Shown here piece by piece: positions 10,123 through 21,810 of a stretch of 64,000 nucleotides of DNA. The stretch spans positions 6,820,001-6,884,000 of the forward strand of contig CM035356.1 of assembly GCA_020137815.1 (NCBI GenBank). The letters are read 5' to 3'. How positions within the stretch are numbered: position 1 is the first letter of the stretch; every line of letters starts with the position of its first letter. The notes under the pieces are model-generated. The model worked only from the letters and a program-made list of their open reading frames with translations, was not told where the DNA came from and searched no databases. Source of the stretch: Hormiphora californensis. Lineage: Eukaryota; Animalia; Ctenophora. Both the position numbers and the translations under genes were made by a program.

Positions 10123-13046
10123 CCCCTTCTGCGGGTAGCGAATGTAAGTGGAAGCTTCCCTATCTCAGGGACACCTTACAGAATTCTTCACACCCCATAC
10201 TATGCACTGCTATAACTGAAACTTGGTGGAGTGATGCATTTAGTGATGCTCAGTTGAACATTGAAGGTTTCCACCTCATCAGGAGTGACCGTGATGGTAG
10301 AAGAGGTGGGGGTGTTGCCCTCTATGTAAACAGCCAACTTCCTATCTCACTCGACTACCGTTACTCTGATTCCTCCAGCAGTGCAGCTATCGTGTACATT
10401 AAAGAAAGCCACTCCATTCTAGGCGTGGTTTATCGTGCACCAAATGCTCCAATTGCCGATCTTCTCAACGGTGTGTCCCAATTCATCGACAGTTGTGGCG
10501 CTGACAACGTCTCACCGGACATTTTCTTAACAGGGGACTTTAATATGCCTGGCATCAACTGGGTGTCCATGGAAGCCCCTGATACTGCATCCCGGAACCT
10601 GCTCGACTTCTCAGCCTCTCATTTCCTGACTCAAATTGTCGATGGTCCAACCAGAGGATCCAATACCCTGGACCTTGTTTTGACTAACAGACCTGATTAT
10701 GTCATAGATACCAATGTATCAGATCCAAACTTCTCCGATCACCAAATGGTAACATGTACTCTTGGGTTTGGTATCAAGTCCCAGCCAGTTCGTGACTCCA
10801 ATCTTGAGGATTTTCTTGCATTCAATTTTCATGAAGCGGACTTCCCATCAATGCGTAACGAGCTAAACCTTATCGACTGGGATGCTCTTGCTGATATCTG
10901 TAATGACGGGGACGGATCAGATTTTGTCCAACTTTTCAATTTGACCATCTTGCAGGTCTTGTCTCATCACTCCAAGAGGAAAAAGAAAGCGGGAAACAAA
11001 CGTCGTGATCCTATTTTGAGGCGCCTGAAAATTAAGCAGAGAAGTCTCAACAAACGTTTGTCTATCGCTCGGCAACACACTACTCCAAATCTATCACAAC
11101 TTGAAATTAGTGTTGCCAGGGTCACGCTGAGGATAATGGCCCACATCTCACAGCGGTTGGATGATGAGGAACAGGGGGCTTTGGATAAAATCAAGTCAAA
11201 TCCGAAGTTTTTCTGGTCCTATGCAAATCGAAAGCGTAAAATGCGTTCACGGATTCCACCACTTTTACGAGAGGATGGATCACTAACGGATGAAGCTTCT
11301 GAAAAGGCCGAGTTATTCCAGTCCCAATTCACTTCTGTGTTTAGCTCCCCTTCTACATCCCCTTCAGCTGCAGCCTCATCTATATCGCCATCAACGTCCA
11401 GTATTTCAGACATATTGTTCTCTCCATCGGATATTGAGAAGGCGTTAGCCGATCTGAACCCTTACTCCGCAGGCCCACCAGGGGATATTCCCGCCAGAAT
11501 TCTACGTGACTGTCGGTCATCTCTATCATACCCTTTGTATATCCTGTGGTGTAAATCATTCAACTCAGGTGCAGTTCCTACGTACCTGAAGCAGCAGTTC
11601 ATATCACCCCTCTACAAAAAGGGTTCTAAGTCATGTGCTGCAAACTATCGGCCAATTTCATTGACCAGTCACATTACTAAAACTTTCGAAAGAGTTGTTC
11701 GTTCCCAACTTGTATCGTATTTTGAGTCAGAAAATCTTTTTAATGACTCTCAACATGGATTCAGAAGTAAGCGGAGCTGTCTTTCGCAACTCACTCGTCA
11801 TATTGACAACCTACTGAACAATCTCAATGGTCTCCTCGAGGTAGATGTTATCTACCTCGATTTTGAGAAGGCATTTGATAAGGTGGACATTGGCATTCTA
11901 TTGGAAAAACTCCAGAAATATGGTGTCAAGGGCAGACTTTTATCTTGGCTAAGTAGTTTCCTTACCGATCGGATGCAAACTGTTATGGTCGACGGTGTCC
12001 CTTCCTCTTTCGCTCAAGTGATTAGTGGTGTACCCCAAGGGACAGTTCTAGGCCCAATCCTATTTCTCATATATGTGATCGACCTAGATTCTGTAGTCAA
12101 ACACGGCTCGTCCTTGTCGTTTGCAGACGATACCAAAATCTTCTCTGCTATACGAACGCTACTGGATAAGGTCCTCCTTCAAGAGGATCTCAACAGCATC
12201 ATTTCTTGGGCAGATATCAACAATATGTCGCTCCACCAAGCAAAGTTTGAAGTGATGAACTATACACTAAATCACACATCATCTCTCAGGGAAATGCCCT
12301 TTAGTGCCGAGAACTATACATATCATCTTTCAGACGGTAGAGCTATTATCCCTTCCCGTACTGTTCGTGATCTTGGCGTTCTTCTCTCCTCCGACGGTTC
12401 ATGGTCAGCCCAGATATCTCGTGTAATATCAGAGGCGAGACGTATTGCTGGCTGGACCCTCAGTGCATTCAGGTCCCGTTCTCGGAGCACCATGGTTACC
12501 CTCTACAAATCCCTGGTGCGTCCACACCTGGACTACTGTTGTACTCTTTGGTCCCCCACCAAGATTGGCGATATCAGTCGTTTAGAGGATATTCAACGTG
12601 CTTTTACTCGTAAAATCGCCGGCCTTAAAGGCCTGGACTACTGGCAGAGACTCCGATCCCTGTGTCTACTGTCACTTCAAAGACGTCGTGAGAGATACAC
12701 TATGATAATGGTCTGGAAAATATACAATGGTGAATCACCAAACACCACCAACATGGGCTTTGTGGAGAGCCCCCGTTCTGGACCAAGAGCAATCGTTCCC
12801 AGATATTCTTATGAAGCTCAACGATCAAATCTCACCATGTTTGAGGGTTCTTTTGCAGTTAAGGGCCCCCAACTGTGGAACACTCTACCACGACATGTTA
12901 AGGAGGCACCGACACTTTCCCATTTTAAATCACGCCTGGGTGTCTACCTTTGTTTCATCCCTGATACTCCACCTATTATCGGGTATCCATCTCAATCGAA
13001 CAACAACTCTATCCTGCAGTGGCGTCCTGATCAATTCCAATCTTGA
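9909..13046 (+). CDS. LINE ORF2: APE endonuclease + reverse transcriptase (start uncertain; -1 overlap with ORF1)
   Basis: APE motifs SINARS, ITETW, GDFN, TLDLVLTN, SDH; RT motifs YRPISLTS, QHGF, YLDFEKAFD, GVPQGTVLGP, FADD. The frame is open from ~9864. Confidence 0.9.
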   Translation, partial: GFSDEPDGNCTGRHTTGGKTVPGLNETGIPGLHSTTAPISSPQPALCNNSNAIPRSTGKISKLLSINARSLTPSAGSECKWKLPYLRDTLQNSSHPILCTAITETWWSDAFSDAQLNIEGFHLIRSDRDGRRGGGVALYVNSQLPISLDYRYSDSSSSAAIVYIKESHSILGVVYRAPNAPIADLLNGVSQFIDSCGADNVSPDIFLTGDFNMPGINWVSMEAPDTASRNLLDFSASHFLTQIVDGPTRGSNTLDLVLTNRPDYVIDTNVSDPNFSDHQMVTCTLGFGIKSQPVRDSNLEDFLAFNFHEADFPSMRNELNLIDWDALADICNDGDGSDFVQLFNLTILQVLSHHSKRKKKAGNKRRDPILRRLKIKQRSLNKRLSIARQHTTPNLSQLEISVARVTLRIMAHISQRLDDEEQGALDKIKSNPKFFWSYANRKRKMRSRIPPLLREDGSLTDEASEKAELFQSQFTSVFSSPSTSPSAAASSISPSTSSISDILFSPSDIEKALADLNPYSAGPPGDIPARILRDCRSSLSYPLYILWCKSFNSGAVPTYLKQQFISPLYKKGSKSCAANYRPISLTSHITKTFERVVRSQLVSYFESENLFNDSQHGFRSKRSCLSQLTRHIDNLLNNLNGLLEVDVIYLDFEKAFDKVDIGILLEKLQKYGVKGRLLSWLSSFLTDRMQTVMVDGVPSSFAQVISGVPQGTVLGPILFLIYVIDLDSVVKHGSSLSFADDTKIFSAIRTLLDKVLLQEDLNSIISWADINNMSLHQAKFEVMNYTLNHTSSLREMPFSAENYTYHLSDGRAIIPSRTVRDLGVLLSSDGSWSAQISRVISEARRIAGWTLSAFRSRSRSTMVTLYKSLVRPHLDYCCTLWSPTKIGDISRLEDIQRAFTRKIAGLKGLDYWQRLRSLCLLSLQRRRERYTMIMVWKIYNGESPNTTNMGFVESPRSGPRAIVPRYSYEAQRSNLTMFEGSFAVKGPQLWNTLPRHVKEAPTLSHFKSRLGVYLCFIPDTPPIIGYPSQSNNNSILQWRPDQFQS

Positions 13047-13606
13047 TGAATGTTGTTTGTTGCTGAGCTGGTGTGTTATTAATGACTAATGAGGAGGTTT
13101 ATTTTTTTAAATATCCTGTGTATTTGTGCGCAAATAATTTGAATTGAATTGAATTGAATTGAATTGAATTGTTCCTGATAAGATAGAGACCTGAAACCGG
13201 TTGCATTTGAAAGCTGTTATCTTCCTCTTTCCAACGCTACCAAAACGATTTCTGTACCTTATCTGGAACCGGAGATATGATTGATTATGTATTCCCCCTT
13301 AGCGCGGTATTCCCTCCAGGCCCCTTATATTATATTATAAGGGGCCTGCAACGTATGCCAATCTTCGGAGTTCGGTTCCGGATAAAATTGAGTTTTTAGT
13401 GACTCACTTAATGAGTCCCTACCTTATCAGGGGGGGGGGGGGGTGAATAGTTTTAAAAAATGGACATTATCAATGCCAACAAAGTCTCAAATTTGGTAGC
13501 AACGGGCGCCCATCACGCGTCACGCGTGAGTCGTGATCAGTTTTGACCAATTCCCCGCACGACTTTGGGGGTGAACAGTTGAAAAAAGGACTTTATTTCG
13601 TCTAGA

Positions 13607-16600
13607 ATGAGTTTGAGAACTATCACATGGGCTGGAATACTCGGAGTTTTATGTGAGTTGATATCAACAAAATGATTTTCAATTGCATGAAGATATATCC
13701 AAACTGCTAATCGCTGTATATCTCTGCTTTTAAATCATGTTGTGTCATGTAATCTCATTAGTACATATCATAGACTCGTGAAAGAGTAAAATGTAAATCT
13801 CTTCAGTACATCTCGGTTCTGCTTGGGAGCTCAAGGACGATTCTGGAGCAACATGCCTTGAGATAACGGGGACGATATCCCTTAAAATCACCTATAATGA
13901 CACAGACACGGTACTTCAATTAACTAATTTTGATCATCTTTCAAGTGAGGAGACAAAGTTTATTTTGAATCCTATTTGCTGATAAATCTGTAAAATTCAC
14001 TTATCTGTAAAATTCACCTTCTACATACAAAACGGGATCGTATAGAAGGGCGAGGAGAAGATCGACCGGTCCAGGACAGGACCAGGAAAGCACACTCCCA
14101 GGCAGCTGGAGACCGGGCGGAAGATTTTAACTCAAAACGCCCAAAGCAAGCTCCAGGAAACAGGAACAAGAACCCGGCTGAAAAGTTCTCTCAGCCAGAC
14201 GAGAGGGTGACCCATGATTTTTTGGAGATGAAACTGGAAGTTCTGAAAGCCGAGATACAACAGTCGGTGATGACCCAGTTTTTGGACTTAAAGTCGTTTC
14301 TGCAGCGGCAGTACGGAGCAGGGGAGAAACCCCACAATCCTTGGGGACTAGCAGGAACCCAGCCCCTGTATCAAACTTTCGCCTATTAAATGCTAGGAGT
14401 TTCTGTCCATCAGCTGAAAGTACCTGGAAGTTAGAGGTAGTGCGTGATATGGTGGACGAGGACGCCACACCAGTGGCATTTTTGGGGATCACCGAGACCT
14501 GGTGGCGGTGTTATATGACTGAGGCCCAGGTACAAATCCCCGGGTACAACCTTGCTAGGTGTGACAGGCAGGGTAGAGTTGGAGGAGGTTGTGCACTCTA
14601 TATCCACGACAGCATGGCGATATCAGACCAGATCGAATACTCCGATAGAGACAGTAACTTGACAGCAGTATACATCGGCAGCAAACACATGGTCGCTGCT
14701 GTGGTGTATCGAGTTGGTTCAAACGTGGAAGGATTTCAAAGGATGATGCACAGGCTGCAGGTATTTGTCGATTTTCACAGCCAGGAGAACACGGTTCCTG
14801 ATATATGGCTGGCTGGCGACTTCAACCTTCCCCTCTTGAAATGGGAAGGCGGTGTTCCGGAATTTGTTGACCAGCCTCTATACAATACACTCCGGGATTT
14901 CATGGACACCAACCTTCTAACGCAGTTGGTATCATCACCAACCAGGGGAGATAATGTTCTTGATCTAGTGTTCACCAACAGGCCAGATTATGTCCTGGCG
15001 GTGAACTGCGACGACCTCGGAATATCCGACCATTCCATGGTGACATGCACTCTGGCATTCAACTGTACGGAAAGGGTGGAGAGAGACCTACGGGAGAAAA
15101 CAGGGTTTGCAGCGCTCAGCTTATTGGACATGGATTTTGAGAGGGCAAACGCGTTGTTTGAGGAGGTGGACTGGGACCTCCTGCACCTCCTCTGTTCTGA
15201 AGGTTGCAGTGATTTTTTGGAACTGATAAGGCTTACAGTTCTACAGATATCCACTATGTGTGCCCCACCTAAACGGGTTGGCAAGAAGTGGAGAGATAAG
15301 AAGTTGAGACACCTGCGGAGCCGGCGGAGGAAACTCAACCGGCGGATGGTCAGGGCATCTGGTAAGCTGAAACAGCGGCTGGAGGAAAAGGTGGACAGAA
15401 TAACGATGGACATTAAAGACCACGTGAAAGATCTACAGCAAGCTAGAGAAGAAAAAGTTGCAGCGGCGGTTAAGTTGAACCCTAAGTACTTCTTCACCCA
15501 CGCCAAATCCTTCTCCAAGGTGAAGTCCTCGGTCTCTCCACTCGCGAGGGAAGATGGTTCTCTTACAACAGATTCTAGGGAAAAGGCAGACCTGCTGCAG
15601 CGGCAATACGTGAAGGTCTTCAGTAACCCAGCGGATGTGGATCCAGAGAAGGCAATCGAGAACATCCCTGAGAACAATGTGGAAATCTTGGATATAGAGT
15701 TTTTCCAGGAGGATATTGAAAAGGCATTAAAGGAGCTTAAACCCAACTCAGCAGCCCCACCGGGAGATATTCCAGCTGTCATTCTAAAAAGCTGTTGCAG
15801 CAGATTAGCGTACCCGATTTGGCTTCTCTGGAAGGAGTCTTTCAATACAAGTACCATACCAGCAGCAATGAAAGAACAGTTTATCTGTCCAATCTTTAAG
15901 AAAGGGGATCGCTCGCTGCCTGAGAATTACCGACCGGTGGCCATCACGTCACATATCTCAAAAACATTTGAGAGGGTGCTGCGAGACCACCTGACGAACT
16001 TCTTGGAGAGAGCAGAGCTTCATTGCGATAGGCAGCACGGCTTTCGAAAGGGGCGAAGTACGATGACTCATCTCCTCGCCCATATAGATAGAGTATTAAA
16101 ACAGCTCACTGAAGGGAATGAAGTGGACGTGTTGTATCTGGACTTTCAAAAGGCGTTTGATAGAGTTGATACACGTGTCTTACTCAAAAAGCTTCATCGT
16201 TATGGTGTCCGCGGCAAACTGTTGGCTTGGATAAAGGAGTTCCTCATCAACCGGAAGCAGACGGTACTTGTGGACGGGGAGCAATCATTCTGGGAACTCG
16301 TGGTCAGTAGCGTAATCCAGGGCAGCGTACTGGGGCCAGTCCTTTTCATATTTTATGTACTCGACCTGAAAGAATGCCTCTCAAGTGCAGACTCGATGTC
16401 TTTTGCCGATGACACTAAGCTGATCCAGGCTATCCAGACCCTTCTTGACCAAGTGGAACTTCAAGAGGACATCAAAAATGTTAGTCAGTGGTCGTCCAAT
16501 AACAACATGAGGCTTCACGAGAAGAAGTTTCAGCTAATGATATACCCCCTAGGCAAGTCCCAGTTGCTTAGGGAGCTACCTTTCACGTCTGAAACCCTGA

Positions 16601-19600
16601 GCTATGTTACGGAAGCAGGTACGACTGTGGAACCTGAACAGCACGTAAAGGACCTCGGTGTATGGTTGTCGGCGGATGGTACATGGACTTATCACATCAA
16701 TGACATCGTTAGGAGGGCCAACCGGATTGCGGGATGGATTCTGAGCGTGTTCAGATGTAGATCTCAGGAGGTATTACTGACTCTATACAAGGCCTTGGTT
16801 CGTCCCATTCTAGAGTACTGCTGCTTGGTTTGGTCACCGTCCAAGGTAGCTGACATCCAGGCGCTGGAGAACGTTCAGCGAGCTTTCTTAAGAAAGATCT
16901 ATGGGATGAATGAGCTGACCTACTGGGAGCGGTTGGAGACTCTGAAAATCATGTCCCTTCAGAGGCGACGCCAGAGGTACGAGCTTATACATGTCTGGAA
17001 AATCTATCATGGACTAGTACCTAACTGTGTAGGAATGGAATTCCAGACAGGCCGCTTGGGGATACAGGTCAAAACGCAGAAGTATCCTTATTGGGCTGAT
17101 AGGAGGCGAGCTACCCAGCTGTTCAACTCGTTCAGTTACAGGGCTCCTCAGTTGTGGAATAAACTGCCCCGAGAGGTGACCCTTTGTGAAACATTGGCAG
17201 GGTTTAAGGCTAGCCTGGGTTCTTTCATGAAGGAGTACAAGGACAGGCCTCCAGTGAGAGGGTACCCCACGGTCCCGAATGACTTCAGTCAGGCGGCGAA
17301 ATCTTAGCTGTGTGTGATTTTGCTGTGTGTGATTTTGCTGTGTGTGATTTTGCTGATGACTGACCACATGACGGGGCGATTCGATTTTAATATTTTGAGT
17401 TAAGACTTGACAAGGAGGACCCACTCGCTGGGAAATCCGCACGCGTTTAGATTGTGTAAATTTAATTTGATTTGATTTGATTTGATTTGAAGTGAGTAAG
17501 TGTAAAAATTCACTTTATTCTCAGGGCGCCTCTGTTATAAACACCAGTACGATACCAAGTGATCTACCAAGTGATTCAGTAACTGGTAGTTGCACAACAA
17601 CAGAATCACTAATCTCCGAGATGACGTTAAAATGGGACACCTACCAACTTGATATGAGTTTTACAGTGAGTCTCTTGCAGAAACCAACCGAATCAGGAAA
17701 TACTGGTCCCTGATTGGCTGATAACCAGTCACGTGACATAAATAACGAGTTCTGATTGGTTGTTTACTTGTTTCGGTCGATTCCTGGTCTCTTGATCTTC
17801 TCAACACGTGTGTTTAGCTGCCATTATTATATGTTTAGCCAATGCAAAGGGCTATATATTTTTATACGAAGTGAAATAATCCAAATGATGTTTGACAAAG
17901 TTTGTCTCTGGGCCGATATAGAATAATAAAACTCTATCTGTTGTTTTTGTATTTGTTCACTTTGGAGGAACGGAAATCTCCCCCAGTGAATGTAGTGGAA
18001 CAGATGGTAAAACCCTGGGAATTCTCTTGGATCATAATCTTGGCCTTGAACGACAGGTTAATAATGTGAGGAAACAGTGTGGGCTGATGTTACGAAACCT
18101 TTGGCAACTGCACAGGTGTTTTGATATCCCAACAAAGATAATGTTGGTCAAACAGTTGATTTTATCGAGGATAGACTACAGTAACATTCTGTATTGTGGA
18201 CTTCCTGGTCGAGTTCTCAGTGGGCTCCAGAAGCTTCTCAATGCCTGTGTTCGTTTTGTATTTAACCTCCACGGACACCAGGACAACTACATGGAGTATT
18301 TCAGGCAGTGTCATATTTTACCGATCTCCTACAGGTTGGACTTCAAAGCATGTTTGATTGCCTATAAAATAGTCAATGGAACAGCCCCGTGTTATCTCCA
18401 GGATTTGGTGCCACGTGATGAGACTTGGGGAACCTCTAGGACAACGAGGATGACTAATGTTCCGGATCCCTATAGGTTAAAACATCCAAAGATGACCAGT
18501 ATCAATGCCAACTCTAAGTTGAGACGTAGGAGGTTATCAGTATTCCTGCCTTCTGTCTGGAATGAGCTTCCTCTTGAGCTCAGGTCAATCCCCAATGTGG
18601 ATACTTTCAAAACCCGGCTGAAAACACATCTCTTCGTTGGTGCATTTGGAGTGGGTGATGGGGAACCCATGGCTGAGTTGTAATGTTTGTTGTAGTTGTG
18701 GGGCCTGCGGGCAATCAGTGTCATCCTCTCTCTAGCCATGTTATTAATTCATTACCTAGTATCCTTTTTTCGAGCAGGTGTAAGTATAGTGTGTTTTAAT
18801 TTATATATAACAGGATTATGGGACCAGTTATTCCCTCAGTTTTATAAGTCAAGTTTATTTAGTCATCTATATATTGTTTTTCAACCAGAGCTGTTCGAGT
18901 GTGTCATATAATTAGTCGAGGATATACCGCTCTGATGATTCGGCGGAACATCGTCAATATTTTGGCATGTCTCTGTCGGGTATGGGCGGTATATAAGCGC
19001 GGAATATTATTATTATTATTATTATTATTATTCCTTCTATCCGACCAACAGTAAACACTAAACACATTCTGCAGGTAGACGATAGGGATGAGTGGACTAT
19101 GAGTAAAAATGAACTGACTTTCAACAATAATAGTAAGTTCTTTTATTTGATTGATCTGTACCTACTCAGTAGGTCCTACTGCGAAATATCCATAGCATAC
19201 CTTTTTAACCACCGTTGTTTTGTAGTTGTAACGTAACTTGTTTGGGGTACTAAGCTAAAGCGTACCGATTCTCATGCCACCTTCCTATTTTCAGAGACAG
19301 CCATGGATTCAATTCCCGTAGCAGCGCACAGTAACGCCTACTACCACTGTAAATCAGCCAAATCCTTCACACTCCTCCCCGACTCGGATGTTAATCAAAC
19401 CACTACAATTGAATCTGTGGAGTTTACAACTAGTGAACTCACTATCAGACCCTTCCCTGGTCTTCAAAGTAAGTGACATTTATTTTTAACCCTCCTTTAC
19501 GGAGAGACTCCCGTACAGCAATTAAATTGAGCTAATTGTAATACCAGGCAACTATATATTATATGTGTAAGCCTGCCAATTCACAAAACCCCTCCCTCCC

Positions 19601-20250
19601 CTCCCAAAACACCTCACAATACCCCTGCCCTCCGCCACAATAACTTGCAATACCCACTCAATACCCCTCCCCCCACCTCACAATCCCCTACCCCCGCCGC
19701 AATACCTCACAATCCTCCTCCCAAAACACCTCACAATACCCCCTAAATACCTCACAATACTCGCCACAATACCTCACAATCCCCCGCCTCAATACCTCAC
19801 AACACCCCTCCTCAGTAATGGAGAGTTGTAGTGATGACCCGGTACCAACGGAGGCTAAACCTACCGATCCCCCCAAGAAAGTAACAACCAAACCACCGGT
19901 TCAGCCAACCGAAGCGCCAGTCAAACAGTAAGTGGAGCGACTTTAGCCTTAGAAAGTAATTTTGATATCTCCTTCTGGTGCTAATACACACAACAGGTAT
20001 TGGGGAAATCTCACACATACTCGGGCAGATCTCGATTGAATGATTATTCTGAATGAGAACTGAATAAGACCTGCCTTTTCATCAATTCCCCTCCAACTTG
20101 ACTCCCATTACCTGTTTTCATTTCAGTGTTACCAGTGGTGCCAAGATATTCTGGACGTGTGCGATAATCTCCCTGGCAGTTATATTCACAGCTGGAATAC
20201 TGATTTATGTGAATAGAGCATCAACTCCTGCCTACCTACAAGTAGTATAG
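13607..20250 (+). CDS. LAMP-family lysosome-associated membrane glycoprotein (single LAMP domain), 7 exons, ~252 aa
   Basis: Exons 13607-13652, 13807-13910, 17525-17665, 19075-19132, 19295-19468, 19816-19927, 20127-20250 join in phase (759 nt). Signal peptide MSLRTITWAGILGVLLHLGSA; LAMP-like Cys pattern (ATCL, GSC...LKW, YYHC, ESCSDD); Pro/Thr stalk; TM helix; short tail ending YLQVV (Yxx-hydrophobic sorting signal). Confidence 0.8.
14030..17490 (+). mobile_element. 5'-truncated CR1/L2-group LINE with intact ORF2, in LAMP intron 2
   Basis: ORF1 C-terminal remnant (to 14389), ORF2 to 17307, (TTTGA)n tail at 17461-17490. Same family type as the 8.6-13.2 kb element but diverged. Confidence 0.9.
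14218..17307 (+). CDS. LINE ORF2: APE endonuclease + reverse transcriptase
   Basis: LLNARS, ITETW, GDFN, SDH, YRPVAIT, QHGF, YLDFQKAFD, QGSVLGP, FADD. Uninterrupted frame from 14218 to the stop at 17307. Confidence 0.9.
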   Translation, partial: FFGDETGSSESRDTTVGDDPVFGLKVVSAAAVRSRGETPQSLGTSRNPAPVSNFRLLNARSFCPSAESTWKLEVVRDMVDEDATPVAFLGITETWWRCYMTEAQVQIPGYNLARCDRQGRVGGGCALYIHDSMAISDQIEYSDRDSNLTAVYIGSKHMVAAVVYRVGSNVEGFQRMMHRLQVFVDFHSQENTVPDIWLAGDFNLPLLKWEGGVPEFVDQPLYNTLRDFMDTNLLTQLVSSPTRGDNVLDLVFTNRPDYVLAVNCDDLGISDHSMVTCTLAFNCTERVERDLREKTGFAALSLLDMDFERANALFEEVDWDLLHLLCSEGCSDFLELIRLTVLQISTMCAPPKRVGKKWRDKKLRHLRSRRRKLNRRMVRASGKLKQRLEEKVDRITMDIKDHVKDLQQAREEKVAAAVKLNPKYFFTHAKSFSKVKSSVSPLAREDGSLTTDSREKADLLQRQYVKVFSNPADVDPEKAIENIPENNVEILDIEFFQEDIEKALKELKPNSAAPPGDIPAVILKSCCSRLAYPIWLLWKESFNTSTIPAAMKEQFICPIFKKGDRSLPENYRPVAITSHISKTFERVLRDHLTNFLERAELHCDRQHGFRKGRSTMTHLLAHIDRVLKQLTEGNEVDVLYLDFQKAFDRVDTRVLLKKLHRYGVRGKLLAWIKEFLINRKQTVLVDGEQSFWELVVSSVIQGSVLGPVLFIFYVLDLKECLSSADSMSFADDTKLIQAIQTLLDQVELQEDIKNVSQWSSNNNMRLHEKKFQLMIYPLGKSQLLRELPFTSETLSYVTEAGTTVEPEQHVKDLGVWLSADGTWTYHINDIVRRANRIAGWILSVFRCRSQEVLLTLYKALVRPILEYCCLVWSPSKVADIQALENVQRAFLRKIYGMNELTYWERLETLKIMSLQRRRQRYELIHVWKIYHGLVPNCVGMEFQTGRLGIQVKTQKYPYWADRRRATQLFNSFSYRAPQLWNKLPREVTLCETLAGFKASLGSFMKEYKDRPPVRGYPTVPNDFSQAAKS
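17680..17788. repeat. ~108-bp dispersed MITE-like repeat (CAGGAACCGACCGA...TCGGTCGGTTCCTG family)
   Basis: Further copies at ~36975-37079, 37741-37800 (partial, inverted) and 54970-55078 (inverted, with both TIRs). Confidence 0.75.
17960..19032 (+). mobile_element. 3' fragment of an L2-like LINE in LAMP intron 3
   Basis: ORF 18027-18683 has RT C-terminal motifs (LILSRIDYSN, CHILPISYRLDFK, WNELPLELR, FKTRLKTHLF), followed by a 3' UTR and (TAT)n tail. Confidence 0.8.
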
Positions 20251-20274
20251 CAGCTTGGAACGCAGCTGGGGTAT

Positions 20275-20403
20275 TATTAGGACCTTATTTGGGCAATATT
20301 ATGACCTTATTTGGGCAACATTAGGACCTTATTTGGGCAATATTAGGACCTTATTTGGGCAATATTAGGACCTTATTTGGGCAATATTAGGACCTTATTT
20401 GGG
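20275..20403. repeat. 22-bp tandem repeat (TTGGGCAATATTAGGACCTTAT), ~6 copies, just after the LAMP stop codon
   Basis: Directly visible tandem array. Confidence 0.9.
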
Positions 20404-21810
20404 TAGTGTGCTCCACAATCTACAGATCAGATGATAGCAAGGACTGATATTGATTATTGGTTGGCAGTGTTTACTGGTTTTACACATGGCCAATTATACG
20501 GGTAGTTATTTGCAGGCAACTTTTTGTTGTGGAGAGGGGATATATTTTATTTGTCATTTTTTGTTTTGTGCATTTAGATTTAGAGCTGAGTATGTATTAA
20601 TACTTTTTAGTTATGTTTTTTGATATTCTGCGGTATTTTCAAAGTGTCTTTGACTGATGGCCTCATCTGACCCTGTATTATTAATACTGTGAATTTAAAA
20701 GTGTGTATTAGGGACTGGTTATGTTCTAACCCTTCTTTACATTTGTGTGTGTGGGACGCGGTAAGACAGGGTCGAACAAGGCGATCAGGGACAATATACA
20801 CACTACTGCTTTTGTCTACAGCGTTATTATTTGACCGTGTTTATTAAATGCAACATCTCTGGAGGTGTTCAATCTCACTATATTGTTTTATTTGCATGGA
20901 TTTTACAATATTATCTTCTTAACCCTTGTTAGTTTGAAACAAAATCGTAGTTTTAATATTTCAGTGTTATTCGTATTTCGTTCTTTCGTTTATTCCCCCT
21001 ATGATAGCAAGATGTAATTCGGTTGAATAGGGAGTAGGGACCGTACCGCCTTATAGTCTCTCTTTCTCTCTCTCTGTCTTTGTCTCGCATTTTATATTAT
21101 TATAATATTTGCTTTTTCTTTGAATGATCACGTGAAACTTTGCGTCAATCCTACCTCCCTTTCTCTCTCTCCCTTTCTCTCTCTCCCTTTCTTGTGGCTG
21201 CCCCCGCCCCCTCCTTATATCTCTCTCCCTTTCACTCTCCCTCCTCTCTTTCTTTCTCTCTCTTTCTTGAAGCTGCCCCCCTCCCGGCTCCCACTATCTC
21301 CCTCCCTGGCCTCGTGGTGATTGCGAGATTACGAGAAATGATCAGAATAATTATTAAGTTTCTTAAAATTAAAGACTGTCTTCAAATATATATGCGAGCT
21401 TATCTATAGTGCTAGAATGGATAATGTGCACCCCCGCACCCCTCCCTCCCCCCCCCCCCCTTAGATCCACCCCTGGTATAAATAGCTCTTTAACTTTCTC
21501 GCTCAGTTTTATTTAGCACCCCAGATATATGTAGTAGATTCGTCATTCGAGTGCTACTAGATGAACATTCCATTCATTTGTAGTCTGTAGATCTCCCAAC
21601 TGAATATATCTGAAGCAAACTCGAGCACTATCTCCCATCGCAATGCAATCTCTTCCATAGAAGATGGTGCAGTAGAAGGTGTTAGAAAGAGTTTTTAGAA
21701 TTCTTCTAACACCACTGCACCATCTTTCTCTCTCTCTCCCTGTACAGCAGATATCGCATGCCCTCTTGATTTGGCTTGATCAACCCGCAACCACCTCCCC
21801 CAACAGAACA

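Larger units (their letters stand above)
8600..13170 (+). mobile_element. Apparently full-length CR1/L2-group non-LTR retrotransposon (5' end approximate)
   Basis: Intact ORF1 and ORF2 (APE + RT), short 3' UTR and (TTGAA)n tail at ~13138-13170. Confidence 0.9.

Noticed and set aside
14988-15857. 289-aa antisense ORF within the LINE ORF2
   Set aside because: Shadow ORF of a coding strand; no independent motifs.
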